Assembly (NCBI GenBank): GCA_965237955.1
Contig: OZ250169.1
Span: 7,456,001-7,520,000 of the forward strand
DNA from: Candidatus Marinacidobacterales bacterium
GTDB lineage: Bacteria > Acidobacteriota > Vicinamibacteria > Marinacidobacterales > SMYC01
Direction of reading: 5' to 3'
DNA: 64,000 bases
Within the stretch, counting starts at the first letter, position 1. Each line of letters opens with the position of its first letter. The position numbers were made by a program, and so were the translations under genes. Positions 10,210-18,982 of the stretch are shown here, piece by piece. Under the pieces are notes generated by a model. That model saw only the letters and a program-made list of their open reading frames with translations, had not been told where the DNA came from and searched no databases.

Positions 10210-10296
10210 AAAAAATAGGACTGTAATCTACCGTCCGCCCGTCCGCCACGCAAGCGGAGACGGGGGGCTGACGAGGACTCGTAGGGTCAAGAAACT

Positions 10297-10460
10297 CATG
10301 CGGCTTCCCGATAGTAGTGTCGGAGGAGCTTCAGAATGTTGCCGACGGTTTGGTCGCTCACTCGATACCCGAGCTTCGCCATCCCTTGGGCAATGCGCTC
10401 GTAGCCCTACGATCGGTTCTCACTCGCGAAGCGGATAATCAACTCTTCGAGCTTCTCGTC
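10297..10460 (-). pseudogene. Internally deleted integrase-core (rve) transposase remnant
   Basis: Minus strand reads ...IRFASENRS*GYERIAQGMAKLGYRVSDQTVGNILK fused directly to the typical C-terminus LLRHYYREAA*. Confidence 0.7.
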
Positions 10461-10525
10461 CTAGTCCCCTGGATCTTTGATTGATGACAAAAGTCTAAAC
10501 TAGCGTGCGTGGTCAAGGTTCGCTG
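10461..10525. mobile_element. Orphan end of a second IS630-like element
   Basis: CTAGTCCCCTGGATCTTT matches the 4132 end CTAGTCCCCCGGATCTTT (17/18). Weak similarity continues to GTTCGCTG about 57 nt inward in both copies. Confidence 0.65.
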
Positions 10526-10572
10526 AAAACAGAGGGAGAAGAGCTCACCGAGCTCGTTTGACTCCCGAGTGC

Positions 10573-11659
10573 TGCCTTGGTGCACAACTCGCGATCTCGG
10601 TCCACAATTGTCCTTTACTCACGGATTCGAGGTTCCCCATGAGCATTTTCAAACGCACTCAGCGGAAGTATGTGAAGAAGGCCTATCGCGTGAGGAATTG
10701 GCGTGAATATGAGGCGGGTCTACGCAACCGTGGGAGCCTGACCGTCTGGATCTCGCTCACCGCCGGCAAGCTTGTGAACTGGGACGCGCCCCGGCCGAGG
10801 AGGAGGAACCCGGGCCGTCAACGCAAGTACTCGAACCACGCCATCGAGACGGCTGTCACCCTGGGCATGGTGTTTCATCTGTCATCTAGGCAGAGCGAGG
10901 GATTGCTGCGATCGTTGTTCGCTCTGATGAAGCTAGACAATGATGTGCCCGATCACACCACGATCTCGAGGCGCAAGGCGAAGCTGGGTAAGGTCCCCTT
11001 CTACCAAGACAAGCAGAAGACGCCGTTGCACATCTTGATCGACAGCAGCGGTCTCGCTGTCCACGCCGGCCAGCTGCGCAGAGCACCAAAGAGCAGGGAC
11101 TATCGCAAGCTCCATCTGTGTGTCGACGAGCAGAGTGGCGAAGTCGTCGCCGGCGAGCTGACGAGCAAAAGAGCCCGCGATTCATCGCGGGTTGCATCGC
11201 TTGTCGGACAGATCGACAGTCCCATCTCATCGGCCAGAGCTGACACCGCATACGACGCCGGCGGCGTCTATGAGGCAATCGAGAATCACAGCGCTCATTG
11301 CTCGCCGAGGGTGCTGATACCGCCGCGCAAGGGCGCCCAGCTCGCATCGGGGCCGGCGAGCAGCCGACAGCGCAATCGCAACATTGCAGCACAAGCTCGG
11401 CTCGGCAAACGAAAGTGGCACACAGAATCGGGCTACAGCAAACGGAGCAAAGTCGAGACAACGTTCCATCGCTACAAGGCTATCGTGGGCTCAGCGATGC
11501 GAGCGAGAGGGTTGGCGGCACAGAGAGTCGAGGCAAGGATCGGGTGCAAGATTCTCAACACGATGACGGCGCTCGGGATGCCTGATAGCGAGATGATCGG
11601 ATGATGGGAGTCGGGGCCAAGCGAGCTCTCGGCCTCTATCGGAGTTGTGCACCAAGGCA
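10573..11659 (+). mobile_element. IS5 family (IS903 group) insertion sequence
   Basis: Perfect 18-bp TIR TGCCTTGGTGCACAACTC at 10573-10590 and 11642-11659, resembling the IS903 end. No 9-bp target duplication. Confidence 0.9.
10639..11604 (+). CDS. IS5/IS903-group transposase
   Basis: YRVRNWREYEAGLRNRGSLTVW, PDHTTISRR, IDSSGL, RKLHL, ADTAYD and SGYSKRSKVET motifs. ATG at 10639 preferred over TTG at 10558, which lies outside the TIR. Confidence 0.92.
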   Translation: MSIFKRTQRKYVKKAYRVRNWREYEAGLRNRGSLTVWISLTAGKLVNWDAPRPRRRNPGRQRKYSNHAIETAVTLGMVFHLSSRQSEGLLRSLFALMKLDNDVPDHTTISRRKAKLGKVPFYQDKQKTPLHILIDSSGLAVHAGQLRRAPKSRDYRKLHLCVDEQSGEVVAGELTSKRARDSSRVASLVGQIDSPISSARADTAYDAGGVYEAIENHSAHCSPRVLIPPRKGAQLASGPASSRQRNRNIAAQARLGKRKWHTESGYSKRSKVETTFHRYKAIVGSAMRARGLAAQRVEARIGCKILNTMTALGMPDSEMIG

Positions 11660-11669
11660 CCATGCCGGC

Positions 11670-12692
11670 ATGATTTCGTCGTTGGTTCCCGCTCTCATCT
11701 CTGCCTTCAAGGCTCGTCGCGAGCTGGCTCTCGAGAATGTCGCTCTTCGGCAGCAGCTCGCCGTCCTCCGCCGTTCCGTGAAACGGCCGCGGCTCTCGAA
11801 GGTCGAGCGCTGGTTTTGGGTGCTATTGCGCAGAATCTGGACTGACTGGGAGAGCGTCCTCGTCATCGTGAAACCTGAGACGGTCATCCGCTGGCACCGT
11901 TGTGGGTTCGGACGATATTGGACTTGGAAGAGCCGACGGCGTAGGCCCGGACGACCAAGCGTCGCTCCCGAAATACGTGAGCTGATTCGGAACATGAGCA
12001 GGGCCAACCCTCTCTGGGGAGCTCCCCGCGTGCATGGCGAGCTGGCGAAGCTAGGCATCTCCATTTCCCAGGCAGCCGTCTCCAAGTATATGGTTCGTCA
12101 TCGCACCCCACCGTCCCATACTTGGCGGAGCTTTCTCGATAATCATGCAAACGACTTGGTGTCGCTCGACTTTTTCACTTTGCCGACCGCAACCTTCAGA
12201 GTTCTGTTCGTCTTCATCGTCCTTCGCCACGACCGTCGCCGTATCGTTCATTTCAATGTCACCGAGCATCCTTCCGCCGAGTGGACGGCGCAGCAAATGG
12301 TCGATGCTTTTCCATGGGACACCGCGCCTCGGTACCTGGTACGGGACCGAGACCAGACCTACGGAGCGTACTTCGATAGTCGCGTCGACGGTCTTGGGAT
12401 AGAGCAGGTCCTTACCGCACCGCGCTCCCCGTGGCAGAATCCATTCGTCGAAAGGATGATCGGCTCCATTCGACGTGAGTGTCTCGACCACGTGATCGTC
12501 CTTGATGAGCGGCACCTGGGGCGAATCCTACGCAAATACGTCGACTACTATCATTCGTGCCGGACTCATTTGTCGCTTGAGAAGGACGCGCCTGAGCCTC
12601 GCCGGGTAGAGTCACCGGCGATGGGCAAAGTGAGAGCCATTCCAAAGGTCGGTGGTCTCCATCATTATTACACTCGACACGCCGCTGCTTGA
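11670..12692 (+). CDS. Integrase-core (rve) domain transposase
   Basis: LENVALRQQL, NPLWGAPRVHGEL, LDFF, RDRD, PWQNPFVERMIGSIRRECLDH and GGLHHYY motifs. Confidence 0.9.
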   Translation: MISSLVPALISAFKARRELALENVALRQQLAVLRRSVKRPRLSKVERWFWVLLRRIWTDWESVLVIVKPETVIRWHRCGFGRYWTWKSRRRRPGRPSVAPEIRELIRNMSRANPLWGAPRVHGELAKLGISISQAAVSKYMVRHRTPPSHTWRSFLDNHANDLVSLDFFTLPTATFRVLFVFIVLRHDRRRIVHFNVTEHPSAEWTAQQMVDAFPWDTAPRYLVRDRDQTYGAYFDSRVDGLGIEQVLTAPRSPWQNPFVERMIGSIRRECLDHVIVLDERHLGRILRKYVDYYHSCRTHLSLEKDAPEPRRVESPAMGKVRAIPKVGGLHHYYTRHAAA

Positions 12693-12974
12693 GCCGATCC
12701 GCTCGGGACGGCTACGGGACTTCGCGCCAGCTTACACCTATACCCCTGAGTAGAGCCGACGCCGATCCTCGAAACGTCCTACATGAAGACGACCCAAGCA
12801 TCCTGGTTGCAGGCAGCTCGCTAATCTCACGCAGCTCGAGTTTATGGAAGGGACACCTACCATAGTCGGCTGTTTCTGGCCGGTTTTCTTTTTTGCGGGT
12901 CACAACTCCCACAGGAAACGGGGAGAAACAGATAGGCCGTGCCTACGGAGCACCACGCCAGCTCTCGACCCTAC

Positions 12975-13107
12975 CGCGTTGTGTCCAAAAACAGAAACGC
13001 GTCGCCAAGCCCTTGATGGTTGAGCTCTTCACAATAATGATAGATGAACTCGGCGACGGCCCGGCGCGTGGGTCTTAGAGTTCGTTTGTATTTTTGGACA
13101 CGACGCG
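12975..13107. mobile_element. 133-bp MITE-like element
   Basis: Inverted repeats cgcgttgtgtccaaaaacagaaacg (12975-12999) versus reverse complement of 13083-13107, cgcgtcgtgtccaaaaatacaaacg (22/25). Confidence 0.65.
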
Positions 13108-13374
13108 CTTGCGCCACGACGCCTGCTCGCCTTGGACAGGTAGCTCACCACGTTTTCACGTTTGTGCCATGGACAGCGTTGCACAACGTCGTCAAACCAC
13201 GGGGTTTGGAGCCGTTTCAATTTCCAACTAGGATTGGCACACTTTCCGTAAGGCGGTTACCGAAGAGGTAAGGAGTCGTCGTGGTGGGATCATACCGGCG
13301 CCCGTCGGCCCGGCCCGAGGGTGCTCTTGCGGTCTCGGTTAGCACCACCAGCATGCGGGTCGATACCTGCAAAG

Positions 13375-13444
13375 CCGTTAGTCCTTCGGTGTCCTGAGGC
13401 CAAACGGTGACCGATGCGTCGACGGAAAAGCCGCTATGGCGCAT
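13375..13444 (-). pseudogene. Possible IS91-family (Y2) transposase fragment
   Basis: RHSGFSVDASVTVWPQDTEGL resembles the HSGFSV..V...D..GL segment of Y2 transposases. Very short. Confidence 0.45.
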
Positions 13445-13560
13445 CGCAGATCAAATACACCTTGTGAATGGGAGCCATGATCTTGTTTGCGCTCAGTTCC
13501 ATAACTTGAGACTCTCTTGAGCTGAATATGTGAAATCCAATTTGTTTGATTGCGCAAAAT

Positions 13561-14340
13561 CTAGGAGTCCTGGCCGGTATTCATGTCCCAGATCAGCTTG
13601 AGGCCGTCCAACGTCAGCCAGGGAGCGCGGAATTCGATGACATCCGTTTCGGCCGCGATGAGATCCTCCAAGCCCCCGGTTCCGATGATCTTGGTCTCCG
13701 CTCCCAGTTCCGCCTTAAAGCGAGCCACCATACCTTCCACCAGTCCCACGTAGCCGTATACAAGGCCCGATTGGATGGCGGCAACAGTATTCCGGCCGAT
13801 GGCGGCTTCCGGCGGCGCGAGTTCCACGCGCGGCAGCTTAGCCGCTCGGGCAAAAAGCGCTTCGGCTGCCAGGTCGATGCCGGGCGCGATCGCTCCACCC
13901 AGGTACTCTCCTTCTGCAGATATCGCGTCGAAGGTGGTGGCCGTGCCGAAGTCGACCACACAGGCCGGCGTTCCGTAGAAGTGCCGCACGGCAACCGCAT
14001 CTGCCACTCGGTCCGCGCCGAGGGCGTTCTTCGGATCCTCGTAGCGGATGCTGAGTCCGGTTTTCACGCCGGCATCGATCACGAGCGGCTCGGTGCCCAG
14101 GTAGCCCGCCGCAGCCTGAACGAAGGTTCCCGTCAGTGGTGGTACGGCGGAGGCCAGCGCACAGCCCTTGATTTGCTCTGCGGAACAACCGGCGTGCTCC
14201 AGCAGCCCCAGTATTTGGAGTCCGTATTCATCGGGCATACGGTCATGAACGGTGGCAAGTCGCCAGGCGTTCACGCGCTCGTCCCCATCGTAAAGACCCA
14301 GTGTGATATTCGTATTTCCGATGTCAATCATCAACAGCAT
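13561..14340 (-). CDS. coaX: Type III pantothenate kinase
   Basis: IDIGNTN, LGADR, VDFGTATTFD, GGAIAPG and TGG motifs. Confidence 0.95.
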   Translation of the reverse strand: MLLMIDIGNTNITLGLYDGDERVNAWRLATVHDRMPDEYGLQILGLLEHAGCSAEQIKGCALASAVPPLTGTFVQAAAGYLGTEPLVIDAGVKTGLSIRYEDPKNALGADRVADAVAVRHFYGTPACVVDFGTATTFDAISAEGEYLGGAIAPGIDLAAEALFARAAKLPRVELAPPEAAIGRNTVAAIQSGLVYGYVGLVEGMVARFKAELGAETKIIGTGGLEDLIAAETDVIEFRAPWLTLDGLKLIWDMNTGQDS

Positions 14341-14347
14341 AAGGACC

Positions 14348-15187
14348 TCACTCTTCTCCCACCGTCATGGTGTCGATGAGACGGGTCTTTCCTATGAACA
14401 CGGCCATGGAAAGCAAAGCTCGCTCGCTCGGCCCATGCAGCTCTTCGAGCGTTTCGGGGTCTGCCACCGAGGCGTATTCCGCCCGGGCGAGCGGTTCGGT
14501 CGCCAAGAGGGTCTCCATCTCCGTCCTCAGTCTGTCCGCTTCTCGCTCCCCGGTGTTGAACAATTCGTCTGCAGCGGATAGTGCACGGTAGAGCACCGTC
14601 GCTGCCTGCCGCTCCTCCGGATTAAGGTAGGAATTTCGGCTCGACATCGCCAAATCGTCCGCTTCACGAAGCGTGGGGCACACGATCACCTCGATTGGAA
14701 AATTGAGATCCCGTACCAAGCGACGAATCACGATCGCTTGCTGGGCATCCTTCTGACCAAAATACGCTCGATCGGGCTGGAAACTATTAAATAGCTTAGT
14801 CACCACGGTTGCCACGCCTCGAAAATGCCCCTCCCGGATCTCTCCCTCCAGATAACGAGACAGCTCTTCCACCTCCACCCAGGTCTGATACCCAGGGCCG
14901 TACATCTCAGCCTTTGTCGGCGTCCACACCAAATCGACCTTTTCCGCGCTAAGTAGATCCAGGTCTTGTTCTAGATCCACTGGGTAGGTGTCCAGATCCT
15001 CCGTCGGCCCGAACTGGGCGGGGTTGACAAAAATGCTCACTCCAACGCTTGCACACTCTTGCTTAGCTCGTCGTACCAGTGAGAGATGTCCCTCGTGGAG
15101 GAATCCCATGGTGGGTACCAGACCCACATGGTTGGCCAGGGATTTCCTTGTCGCACGCAGCTCAGCCAAACTCTCCACCACTTTCAT
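14348..15187 (-). CDS. panC: Pantoate--beta-alanine ligase
   Basis: VPTMGFLHEGH, SIFVNPAQF, GHFRGVATVV, FGQKDAQQ, AMSSRN and RLID motifs. Confidence 0.97.
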   Translation of the reverse strand: MKVVESLAELRATRKSLANHVGLVPTMGFLHEGHLSLVRRAKQECASVGVSIFVNPAQFGPTEDLDTYPVDLEQDLDLLSAEKVDLVWTPTKAEMYGPGYQTWVEVEELSRYLEGEIREGHFRGVATVVTKLFNSFQPDRAYFGQKDAQQAIVIRRLVRDLNFPIEVIVCPTLREADDLAMSSRNSYLNPEERQAATVLYRALSAADELFNTGEREADRLRTEMETLLATEPLARAEYASVADPETLEELHGPSERALLSMAVFIGKTRLIDTMTVGEE

Positions 15188-16107
15188 CTTTGCTCACCCG
15201 TGGACCCCTCAACCTTTGCGCGCACCAGATTCCATAGCGACCAATTGACCGGGGTCAGTACGCCGCAGCGCTCTCCTTCTCGCACGACGGCTCCATTGAT
15301 GGCGTCTACTTCAGTTGGAGCACCCCTCAGAATATCTTGGAGCATGGAAGATTCGTTCTCGGCGGTTCGCGTGGCGACTCCCTCCACTTCATGGGACGGA
15401 TCGCCGTACGGGAGCTGAATCCCTTGCGCCTCCGCCACTCGGGCCGTTTCAATAGCGGCCTCGTTCATGAGTCGCCGCGCATGGGGACGCTCCAGCAGCT
15501 CACCGTTCCGAACGTCCAAGAGCGCCGTAAGCGCATTGATTCCGGCATTCACGGCCAGCTTGCCCCACACCAGACTTACTAGGTTGGGCGCGGCGTGGAT
15601 TTCGAATCTAGCAGTCTCTAACAAATCCACCAGCGGTTCCAAGCGTGGGTGCGGCGCCACGTAGGTTGGTCCTGCTCCGCCCGCCCGGAACTTGCCTGGA
15701 CCCAGCAGCGAAGCGCCGGACGTGGTAACTCCTAGCGCGGCGCGCTCGGCGCCAATGGCAGCCCCCAAAACCTCGATATTGCCCAGCCCATTCTGCAGAG
15801 TAAGTGCCACTCCCTCGGGTGCCAGGCATTTGGCAAGCATGTTTCCCGCGGCTTCAGTTTGCCAGGACTTGACCAGCACTAGGGCGCTCTGCGCCCCTTT
15901 GCATTCCGACGGATCATCCGTTACCTTCACGCTGACGGTTAGGGTCTCGCCGTTCTCTTGAAGTCGAATTCCATGAACTCGTAGCGCTTCAAGTCCCTCC
16001 GCCCACCCACCGAGGAGCGTCACTTCTGCGTGCGAAGCTAGCCGGCCTCCAAAGAGGCCGGCCATGGCTCCCGTTCCTACGATAAGGATCGACGGCTTAT
16101 TGCTCAA
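15184..16107 (-). CDS. panE: 2-dehydropantoate 2-reductase
   Basis: GTGAMAG, VKS, LQNGLGN, WGKLAVNAGIN, SSMLQD and TEVDAING motifs. Confidence 0.93.
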   Translation of the reverse strand: MSNKPSILIVGTGAMAGLFGGRLASHAEVTLLGGWAEGLEALRVHGIRLQENGETLTVSVKVTDDPSECKGAQSALVLVKSWQTEAAGNMLAKCLAPEGVALTLQNGLGNIEVLGAAIGAERAALGVTTSGASLLGPGKFRAGGAGPTYVAPHPRLEPLVDLLETARFEIHAAPNLVSLVWGKLAVNAGINALTALLDVRNGELLERPHARRLMNEAAIETARVAEAQGIQLPYGDPSHEVEGVATRTAENESSMLQDILRGAPTEVDAINGAVVREGERCGVLTPVNWSLWNLVRAKVEGSTGEQR

Positions 16108-16122
16108 TGCGGTTGTTGGTCG

Positions 16123-17004
16123 CTAATGCCCTCTTCCATTCAGCCACTCCTCTAAGCGTACCCAGTCCTCGTCCGGCATTTCGACCGTATGCTCTTGAGC
16201 TGGGAACTGCCCGGATTCGACATCGTCCTTGTAGGCCGAGATCGCCCGCCCCATCTTGCCGTGGAAGTCGGCATATTTTTTCACGAAGCGAGGTGTGTAT
16301 TGATCGAACAGACCCAGAATGTCGTAGGTAACCAGCACCTGCCCATCACAACCCGCCCCTGCGCCAATCCCGATGGTCGGGATCTCCAACCGCTCCGACA
16401 CTAACTCTCCAAGCCGCGCGGGTATGTTTTCCAGCACGATCGAAAAGCATCCGGCCTCTTCGAGGATCTGCGCGTCTTCCAGCAGATGAATTGCGGAATC
16501 GGAAGTCTTCGCCTGAGGGCCGAATCCTCCCAATTGGTGTACCGATTGGGGAGTTAGGCCAAGGTGACCCTGCACGGGGATCCCGGAACCCACGGTGGCT
16601 CGAATCGCGTCGGCGCGTTCCCGACCGCCCTCCAACTTGACCGCATCCATGCCGCCTTCCTTCAAGAAGCGCCCGGCGTTGCGCACCGCTTCTTCCACCG
16701 AGGCCTGATAGGACATGAACGGCATGTCGCCGATAAGCAGCGCATATTTGGCCCCGCGCGCCACCGGCTTACAGTGATGTAGCATGTCCTCCATGGTCAC
16801 CGGCAACGTATTGTCATACCCGAGCACAACCATGCCGAGCGAATCCCCGACCAGGATGGAATCGATCCCGGCGCGATCCACAGCCGATGCAACGGCATAG
16901 TCATAGGCTGTTAGCATGGTGAGGATCTCACCACGCGCCGCCTTTAGGCGGAATGTGTTCGTAGTGATTTTCTTGCGTTCCCTGGGGGGTGCTGCGGTTG
17001 ACAT
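16123..17004 (-). CDS. panB: 3-methyl-2-oxobutanoate hydroxymethyltransferase
   Basis: MLTAYD, LVGDSLGM, GDMPF, VKLEGG, HLGLTPQ and IGIGAG...DGQVLV motifs; AAGGAGG RBS. Confidence 0.97.
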   Translation of the reverse strand: MSTAAPPRERKKITTNTFRLKAARGEILTMLTAYDYAVASAVDRAGIDSILVGDSLGMVVLGYDNTLPVTMEDMLHHCKPVARGAKYALLIGDMPFMSYQASVEEAVRNAGRFLKEGGMDAVKLEGGRERADAIRATVGSGIPVQGHLGLTPQSVHQLGGFGPQAKTSDSAIHLLEDAQILEEAGCFSIVLENIPARLGELVSERLEIPTIGIGAGAGCDGQVLVTYDILGLFDQYTPRFVKKYADFHGKMGRAISAYKDDVESGQFPAQEHTVEMPDEDWVRLEEWLNGRGH

Positions 17005-17042
17005 GGCTATCTCCTCCTTCGAGTGAGACGCTCAACAGAAAT

Positions 17043-17067
17043 AAAAAACCGCCCGGGCCTGGGGCGG
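17043..17067 (-). terminator. Intrinsic terminator (attenuator) in the panB leader
   Basis: Minus strand CCGCCC-caggccc-GGGCGG-TTTTTT, about 40 nt upstream of the panB ATG. Confidence 0.8.
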
Positions 17068-17094
17068 GACAGCCGCAATCTTCAAATTGTCCTA

Positions 17095-17123
17095 CCGTCT
17101 CGGTCGGGGCCCGATCCAAGCGG
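17095..17123 (-). ncRNA. pan RNA motif-like leader hairpin
   Basis: CCG-CUUGG-A-UCGG(gcc)CCGA-CCGAG-A-CGG: a stem with two bulged A residues, upstream of panB and a terminator, as described for the pan motif. Confidence 0.7.
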
Positions 17124-17130
17124 CGCACGT

Positions 17131-17136
17131 ATTATA
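17131..17136 (-). promoter_or_regulatory. Sigma70 -10 box for the pan operon
   Basis: Perfect TATAAT on the minus strand, 7 nt before the leader hairpin. No good -35; that position falls inside an IS end. Confidence 0.65.
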
Positions 17137-17145
17137 CCGTAGAGG

Positions 17146-17608
17146 GGCGTTGGTGCATGAATCAGTTCGGGACACGCACGGATTCTATTGGCGGCCCAAT
17201 TTACTCCCCGACGATCGCTTGTGATTCAGGCTTGCCCAGCTCAGCCATCCGGTTCAATACATTGCACCGATCCTTGCCCCCTGCTTTTGCGATTCGTAGC
17301 CGCGCGCACGAAGGCTGTTTCCGAGCATGCGCTTGTACCTGAAGAAAAGATTCTCGACGGCGCCCTGTCCGCCCTGTCCGCCCTGTCGACGATACCGTGA
17401 CTCCCGCTCGAAGCCTTGGCGCCCGACTTTGCGAATCGTCTCGAGGGTCGCGTTCCGCTGCGCCCACGTGCCCTCGGCGCCGTCCAAAGGCACCGCCCCT
17501 CGTCCGCGGTGCCGACCTCACCGAGCAGCTCGTACACCGACCGAGTATCGTAGGCCCCATCGGCTGTGAAACGTCGGATCGGAGAGTCTTGCCGGTTGCA
17601 CCAAAGCC
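17146..17608 (-). mobile_element. Internally deleted IS903-group element (non-autonomous)
   Basis: Ends GGCGTTGGTGCAT (17146) and reverse-strand GGCTTTGGTGCAA (17608). Interior has frameshifted transposase pieces DSPIRRFTADGAYD and CNVLNRMAELGKPES, homologous to 10639-11604. Confidence 0.8.
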
Positions 17609-17644
17609 TCATCAAGCTAGAATCGATACTGGAGGTTGGCATCG

Positions 17645-18982
17645 ATGCGTAGAGTCGTGGTCGCTATCTTTTTGTGCCTGGTCGCGACGTGGGCATCGTC
17701 CGAGGACAACTGGACACGCTGGCGCGGACCGCGGATGGACGGGATCGCCCACGACAGCAATCCCCCGATCGAATGGAGCGAGACGAACAACGTCAAATGG
17801 AAAGTCGCCGTTCCCGGACACGGATCCTCGACGCCGATTATCTGGGGCGATCTGCTCTACGTGCTGACCGCGATACCGACCGACGGATCGACGCCGCCTC
17901 CCCCACCGCACAGGAATCCTGATGCCACGCAAGGTCGAGGCCGCCGTCGCGGGCGCGGGGCGGGCCCGGCTGCGCCGGCTGATGTCGAGCAGGAGTTCAA
18001 GCTTCTCGCCATGAAGCGCTCGGATGGAAGCGTCGTCTGGGAACGCACCGCGACGAAAGCGGTCCCGCACGAAGGCAAGCAACGGAACAATAGTTACGCG
18101 TCGTCGTCGGCATCAACCGACGGCGAGGTCATCATCGCCTATTTCGGATCCTGGGGGCTGTACTGCTACAACATGGAGGGCAATCTCGAGTGGAGCAAGG
18201 ACCTCGGCGACATGTACACGCGCCGCGGTTTCGGCGAAGGCGCAACCCCGGCGCTTCACGGTGACACCATCGTCGTTCAATGGGACGACGAACGGCAGTC
18301 GTTCATCGCCGCGTTCGACAAGAACACCGGCGAAGAGCGATGGCGAACCGATCGCGATGAAGTCTCGTCGTGGGGAACTCCGCTCGTCGTCGAGCACGAC
18401 GGCCGGTTTCAGGTGATTGCCACGGGCACGAAGAACGTGACTAGCTACGATCTCGAGACGGGCGACGTCGTGTGGTATGGCCCGGGGCTCACGTCGAATG
18501 CTATCCCCTCTTCCGTCGAGCGCGACGGTATCGTCTACGCGACCAGCGGTTTCCGCGGCAACCGAGCGCTCGCCGTTCGCCTGGCTGATGCCAAAGGAGA
18601 CATCACCGGCACCTCGGCAATTTTGTGGCAGCTCGACCGCAACACACCGTACGTGCCGTCGCCGCTTTTGTACGAGGACATCCTCTATCTCGTGAAGAGC
18701 AACAACGCGATTCTCACGGCCGTCGACCCGGCCACAGGACAAGCGCACTACGGTCCGGTTCGACTCGACGGTATCTTCGAGATTTACGCTTCGCCGGTGG
18801 GCGTCGCCGGCAACGTCATCATTCTCGGGCGAGACGGCAATGCTCTCGTTCTCGAGAACGGGCCCAAGCTCAAGGTCCTGGCCGAGAACTCATTAGACGA
18901 CGGCTTCGACGCATCACCAGCGTTCTCCGGCGACGAGATGTACCTCCGGGGCTATCGCTACTTGTACCGAATCTCTAAGTAG
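17645..18982 (+). CDS. Secreted PQQ-like beta-propeller repeat protein (BamB-like)
   Basis: Signal peptide, NWTRWRGP, WSETNNVKWK...PGHGSSTP, repeated xG..xW blades; GGAGG RBS at 17631. Confidence 0.88.
   Translation: MRRVVVAIFLCLVATWASSEDNWTRWRGPRMDGIAHDSNPPIEWSETNNVKWKVAVPGHGSSTPIIWGDLLYVLTAIPTDGSTPPPPPHRNPDATQGRGRRRGRGAGPAAPADVEQEFKLLAMKRSDGSVVWERTATKAVPHEGKQRNNSYASSSASTDGEVIIAYFGSWGLYCYNMEGNLEWSKDLGDMYTRRGFGEGATPALHGDTIVVQWDDERQSFIAAFDKNTGEERWRTDRDEVSSWGTPLVVEHDGRFQVIATGTKNVTSYDLETGDVVWYGPGLTSNAIPSSVERDGIVYATSGFRGNRALAVRLADAKGDITGTSAILWQLDRNTPYVPSPLLYEDILYLVKSNNAILTAVDPATGQAHYGPVRLDGIFEIYASPVGVAGNVIILGRDGNALVLENGPKLKVLAENSLDDGFDASPAFSGDEMYLRGYRYLYRISK

Noticed and set aside
1-10279. Diversity-generating retroelement (TR/VR) explanation for the paralogue pair
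   Set aside because: Differences are not adenine-specific, include multi-codon indels and span kilobases, and no reverse transcriptase gene is in the window.
10573-17608. Composite transposon carrying the pan operon between IS903-group ends
   Set aside because: The two elements have different TIR sequences and the outer 9-bp flanks (cccgagtgc vs tcatcaagc) do not match.
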